The notes beneath the pieces were generated by a model, which worked only from the letters and a program-made list of their open reading frames with translations, was not told the DNA's origin and did no database searches. DNA of 32,000 nucleotides, from NCBI GenBank assembly GCA_963675515.1, contig OY776328.1:1020001-1052000 (forward strand), given 5' to 3'. Below are positions 28,240 through 32,000 of this stretch, in pieces. Origin of the DNA: Coprobacillaceae bacterium. Lineage in GTDB: Bacteria > Bacillota_I > Bacilli_A > Erysipelotrichales > Coprobacillaceae. Made by a program: the position numbers and the translations under genes. Position 1 is the first letter of the stretch, and every line of letters starts with the position of its first letter.

Positions 28240-28731
28240 ATGAATGAAAAAGCGATCATTGCCAACAACCGCCGTGTCAACAATGAATATCTTGACAGGT
28301 TCAAAAAACACATGCTAGAACAGGGACTAAGCGAAAGGGCGGCCCACAATCATGTCTTCAACGTCGATTTCTTTCTCAACGAATTCGTGAACTCGTACCG
28401 GTACTGCTCGATGGCCAAAGGTTATATGGTAATCGACGAATTTTTCGATGACTGGTTTATTGAGTCGGCTACGTGGGCCTCACCGGCAACCATCAGGGAA
28501 ACGGCAAAATCGATCAAGAAATTCTACAAGTTCCTGGGGGCAATATATAAGATCCATGACTGGGAGTACTCGTATCTGGAATCCACCATCAAAGAAAAAA
28601 TGCCCCATTGGATTGAACTGGTGGAAATGTGGAAGCTTAATGAACGAAGATTTCCGGCAGGAAAATATGAAATGAATGAAGAAGATGTTGAATGCCAGGA
28701 GATTTTAAGGCAACTAGATAGGAGAAGATGA
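28240..28731 (+). CDS. Standalone phage-integrase N-terminal SAM-like (core-binding) domain protein
   Basis: YLDRFKKHMLEQGLSERAAHNHVFNVDFFLNEF ... SPATIRETAKSIKKFYKFL follows the helix pattern of tyrosine-recombinase N-terminal domains. No catalytic domain follows. Confidence 0.5.
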   Translation: MNEKAIIANNRRVNNEYLDRFKKHMLEQGLSERAAHNHVFNVDFFLNEFVNSYRYCSMAKGYMVIDEFFDDWFIESATWASPATIRETAKSIKKFYKFLGAIYKIHDWEYSYLESTIKEKMPHWIELVEMWKLNERRFPAGKYEMNEEDVECQEILRQLDRRR

Positions 28732-28732
28732 T

Positions 28733-29461
28733 ATGGATATCGAAGTGAAAAGGGACAATCTTGTTTTAAGGGGAATTTTGGAACTCCCGGAGCGCGAAAG
28801 CTACGACCTGGCGCTGATTTTTCATGGGTTTACCGGCACATGTAACGAAACGCTTTTGGCGAGCCTGGCCGACCGGCTGCTTGAAAAAGGCATCGCATCG
28901 CTGCGTTTCGATTTCAATGGCCACGGTTCAAGTGACGGACTGCTCAAGGATATGACGGTCTTCAACGAGATAGCCGATGCGAAGGCAATCCTGGATTATG
29001 CCAGAAGTCTTCCCAAGGTCCGCGACATATTTGTGCTGGGCCATTCCCAGGGCGGCGTGGTGGCAAGCATGCTGGCGGGTTATTATCCCGAACATATCGC
29101 CAAGCTGGTCCTGATGGCGCCGGCAGCGACATTGAAGGATGACGCTCTTAAAGGCGAGTGCATCGATGCCCGTTATGATCCGAACAATATTCCTGATGAG
29201 GTTTCAGTCATGGGCAAGACTATCGGCGGTTTCTATTTCCGGGTGGCTCAGCTTTTGCCTATCTATGATGTTGCCGCCAACTATCCCGGACCGGTCTGTC
29301 TGATCCATGGAGAAGGCGACACCATAGTCGACAGCGAGGCATCAATCAGATATTACCGGACATACCAGAATAGCGAACTTCATAATATCAGCGGGGCAAA
29401 CCATTCATTTTCAAGCCCTCACTTTGACGAGGCAGTAAGCCTGGCTGTCGATTTTTTGTAG
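28733..29461 (+). CDS. Alpha/beta-hydrolase, cinnamoyl/feruloyl-esterase-like
   Basis: IFHGFTG, LRFDFNGHGSSDG, nucleophile elbow GHSQGGVVASMLAG, LMAPAATLKDDALKG, GGFYFRVAQLLPIYDV and PVCLIHGEGDTIV. Nearly collinear with the Lactobacillus johnsonii cinnamoyl esterase LJ0536 as I recall it. Confidence 0.85.
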   Translation: MDIEVKRDNLVLRGILELPERESYDLALIFHGFTGTCNETLLASLADRLLEKGIASLRFDFNGHGSSDGLLKDMTVFNEIADAKAILDYARSLPKVRDIFVLGHSQGGVVASMLAGYYPEHIAKLVLMAPAATLKDDALKGECIDARYDPNNIPDEVSVMGKTIGGFYFRVAQLLPIYDVAANYPGPVCLIHGEGDTIVDSEASIRYYRTYQNSELHNISGANHSFSSPHFDEAVSLAVDFL

Positions 29462-29480
29462 TAAATAATTATCTGAAATG

Positions 29481-29509
29481 AAAAAGAGTCCAATATCGGA
29501 CTCTTTTTT
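29481..29509 (+). terminator. Intrinsic terminator after the esterase gene
   Basis: AAAAAGAGTCC-aatatc-GGACTCTTTTT. Confidence 0.85.
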
Positions 29510-29648
29510 GCTTTGCTACCTTTTTTGATCCAGTTGGGATTACTCGTGATTTTAGTTGTGTGATATTGTGATAAGTTGGAAAATTCCAGAATTTTTGACA
29601 AAATAAGAGACTGTTAGGTTTCAAGCATGCTTCCGAACCCGGACCCAG

Positions 29649-29677
29649 TTGACTTTTATGCTTAATTAAAATATAAT
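29649..29677 (+). promoter_or_regulatory. Consensus sigma-A promoter of the abiE cassette
   Basis: TTGACT (29649-29654), exactly 17 nt, TATAAT (29672-29677), about 40 nt upstream of the abiEi ATG. Confidence 0.7.
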
Positions 29678-29715
29678 TATAAGCGTAAAAGTCGATTAAG
29701 AATGGAGGCGTTCGT

Positions 29716-30309
29716 ATGAAAGAGACGAGTAAAATATTAAAAATGGCAAAGGAAAATAATGGGATTGTCACTTCAGCCATGGTTGACCGGGAAGAAATAT
29801 CCAGAGGTAATTTGAAATATCTTGTCGACAGCGGTCAAATAGTAAAATCGACACGAGGAGTGTATACGTTGCCGGAAATATGGGAAGATGAATTCATGAA
29901 TCTGCAACATCGCTTTAAGCGCGGTATATTTTCTCATGAGACTGCCCTTTTTTTACATGATTTGTCAGATCGCACACCTAATTATTTTCATATGACTTTC
30001 CAGTCAAACTATAATTTGGCTGGGGCGAGAAAAGAAAAAATCAGGTGCACTCAGGTTATTGAAGATTTTTATGAACTTGGAGTAATGACTGTTAATTCGC
30101 CAGGTGGCAATAAGATAAGGGTTTATAACAAAGAACGAACGCTGTGTGATATTTTGCGACCCAGAAGTCAAATGGACATTCAGATAGTAACGGATGCCTT
30201 TAAACGTTACGCCAAACAAAATGACAAGAATATTCCGCTTTTATTACAATACGCCAAGCTGTTTAAAGTGGAAGAAAAAATCAGATCATACCTGGAGGTG
30301 CTCCTATGA
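29716..30309 (+). CDS. abiEi: AbiEi-family type IV toxin-antitoxin antitoxin / transcriptional regulator
   Basis: N-terminal winged-helix GIVTSAMVDREEISRGNLKYLVDSGQIVKSTRGVYTL, GIFSHETALFLHDLSDRTP and ERTLCDIL. ATGA overlap with the downstream AbiEii reading frame. Confidence 0.85.
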   Translation: MKETSKILKMAKENNGIVTSAMVDREEISRGNLKYLVDSGQIVKSTRGVYTLPEIWEDEFMNLQHRFKRGIFSHETALFLHDLSDRTPNYFHMTFQSNYNLAGARKEKIRCTQVIEDFYELGVMTVNSPGGNKIRVYNKERTLCDILRPRSQMDIQIVTDAFKRYAKQNDKNIPLLLQYAKLFKVEEKIRSYLEVLL

Positions 30310-31142
30310 AAAACGCTATGCAATTAAAAGCGAAAATAAAGAATATTGCCAAAGAGTAAAATATTTCAGCACAGTTGGTGATGCAAAATTACATGCTTGA
30401 ACGTTTGCTTGAAAGAATCTCGGTTTCAAATTACAATGAAAATTTCATTCTAAAAGGTGGGTTCTTGATTGCGGCAATGGTAGGACTTGACAGTAGGGCG
30501 ACCATGGACATGGATGCAACGCTTAAAGGTATGGCAGTAGATGAACAATCCATAATGGATATGTTCGAAGCTCTATGTAATATTGATCTAAACGATAATG
30601 TTCAGTCTTCTTTTTGTTACATCAATGAAATAAGAGAGACTGATGAATATACTGGATACAGGGTGGCACTTTTAGCTAACTATCCACCCATGTCTGTTCC
30701 ACTTAAATTAGATATCACAACAGGTGACAAGATAACACCAAGAGAAATCAAATTCAAGTATCACTTATTGATTGAGGACAGAGAGATTGCAATTTTTGCG
30801 TATAATTTAGAGACAGTACTCGCTGAAAAAATAGAAACTGTTATTTCCAGAGGGGACCTCTCCACCCGTCCAAGGGATTATTACGACATATTTGTATTGT
30901 TTAAATTGCAATCCGCAAATATCAAATACGAGCAATTAAAAGATGCATTGAAAGCCACTGCTTTGAAGCGTGGTTCCATGGGGGTAATTGGGCAATACGA
31001 AAAGATTATGGAAATTGTGGAAAATAGCGCCGTTATGCAAAAGCGATGGAAGACATATCAGAAAGATTTTGACTATGCCGCTAACATTGAATTTCGCGAT
31101 TGCGCCATGGCGGTACTCGAACTAATGGAGTACATCAAGTAA
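30306..31142 (+). pseudogene. abiEii: AbiEii/AbiGii-family nucleotidyltransferase toxin interrupted by an in-frame TAA at codon 18
   Basis: ATG 30306 gives MKNAMQLKAKIKNIAKE, then TAA at 30357-30359. The same frame continues NISAQLVMQNYMLERLLERISVS ... to 31142, matching the usual AbiEii N-terminus across the stop. NTase motifs LKGGF and TMDMDAT are present. Confidence 0.8.
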
Positions 31143-31255
31143 AATTGGCCTTAACCGCCCGTCGCATGGAATAAACATATTCCCTGTTGCGATATAATCT
31201 GAATTAACTGGAGTTTGAAATTATCGAAAGTCAATCAAAAAAAACAGTCGATTTG

Positions 31256-32000
31256 TCAGCTGACCGTAATCAGTTCGATGAATTTCAGGGCCGCCATCGG
31301 CAGAGTTCTTCTTTTGAGGTAGCCATAGCCGATATAGCGGCTCGGGATTGCTTGCTTGAAGGGAATCTCGTAGAGGCTGTCATTCAGGTATGCTTTCGAG
31401 AATTCCCTTATGACACATGATATTCCAAGATCAGCCTTGGCGAATTCGAGCAGGACCTCATGGGCGCCCAGCTCCATGGTCGGTTTGACCAGGATCGATT
31501 TCGATGCCAGGAAGTTGTCGACATACACACGGGAATTCGATATCGGTTCGAGCATAAGCACCTTGTTTCCAAGCAGATAGTCATAGTCGACGGGCCCTTT
31601 TATCTTATGGGTAGTTACAAAGATGTCATGGATTTTCAGACAGTTGACAATGGTGAGCGATTCCTCTTCGATGGGCAGGTTCAAGAAGCCCAGGTCGATC
31701 TGGCCGCTTTTAAGCAATTCGATCAGTTCGGTTGTGGTCCGGTTGACGACATTGACCTTGATGTTCGGGTATAGTTCCTTGAATCTGACGATATAGTCCT
31801 TGACGAAGTGGATGCAGATTGTATCGCCGGCACCGATGGTAAGGACACCTTCCTTGAGATCCTTGAAGTTGGTGATCTGGGTTTCGACATCGGTTATTAT
31901 GGTCAGCGCCTGGGCAATCTGGTCGTAGAGGATCTGACCCTCGTTGGTGAGCACCACTCCGCGGGATAGCCGGATGAAAAGCTGGGTGTCAAGTTCCCTT
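31256..32000 (-). CDS. LysR-family transcriptional regulator, 5'-truncated by the window edge
   Basis: The minus-strand frame stays open to base 32000 (RELDTQLFIRLSRGVVLTNEGQILY...), which is the end of a LysR HTH and linker. The rest is a LysR substrate-binding domain. Confidence 0.85.
   Translation of the reverse strand, partial: RELDTQLFIRLSRGVVLTNEGQILYDQIAQALTIITDVETQITNFKDLKEGVLTIGAGDTICIHFVKDYIVRFKELYPNIKVNVVNRTTTELIELLKSGQIDLGFLNLPIEEESLTIVNCLKIHDIFVTTHKIKGPVDYDYLLGNKVLMLEPISNSRVYVDNFLASKSILVKPTMELGAHEVLLEFAKADLGISCVIREFSKAYLNDSLYEIPFKQAIPSRYIGYGYLKRRTLPMAALKFIELITVS

Noticed and set aside
29469-29780. 103-aa minus-strand ORF spanning the esterase terminator, the abiE promoter and the abiEi start.
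   Set aside because: It runs through a strong terminator hairpin and a consensus + strand promoter. It has no recognisable motifs or RBS and is explained by AT-rich sequence.
30194-30400. 68-aa + strand ORF bridging the abiEi/abiEii junction.
   Set aside because: It is out of frame with both genes. The junction is better explained by the abiEii frame starting at 30306 with an in-frame TAA.

Overview
This 32 kb window looks like ordinary chromosome from a moderate-GC Gram-positive (Bacillota-like) bacterium. Supporting signs are AGGAGG-type ribosome-binding sites (RBS), TTGACA-17-TATAAT promoters, hairpin plus T-tract terminators and several PTS (phosphotransferase sugar uptake) components. 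It is densely coding, mostly on the + strand. Gene order is as follows. (1) A 5'-truncated SDR oxidoreductase. (2) An RpiR-regulated beta-glucoside PTS EIIBCA and GH1 6-phospho-beta-glucosidase operon. (3) A four-gene PadR / DUF1700 / DUF4097 / helical-protein operon. (4) proB-proA translationally coupled to a C_GCAxxG_C_C protein. (5) MarR plus a heterodimeric ABC exporter. (6) A THF riboswitch with its own promoter and terminator, not visible in the ORF track, controlling an HD-hydrolase, folP and folB-folK operon. (7) A CinA-like protein without the PncC domain. (8) LysR divergent from DUF3737 and a MalY/PatB C-S lyase. (9) Two divergent AraC paralogs next to an orphan Lac/cellobiose-family PTS EIIC and an 846-aa cytoplasmic glycoside-hydrolase-like protein. 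(10) A standalone integrase N-terminal (SAM-like) domain protein coupled to a cinnamoyl/feruloyl-esterase-like hydrolase. (11) A visibly AT-rich AbiEi/AbiEii (type IV toxin-antitoxin, abortive infection) cassette whose toxin gene carries an in-frame TAA at codon 18. (12) A 5'-truncated LysR gene on the minus strand. I found no rRNA, tRNA, CRISPR array, transposase or long repeat. The best leads are the riboswitch-controlled HD hydrolase in the folate operon, the uncharacterised EIIC/hydrolase/dual-AraC locus, the extended PadR envelope module and the nonsense-interrupted AbiE toxin. I see no clear, wholly novel multi-gene system. All family assignments are from motif recognition by eye, not from searches.
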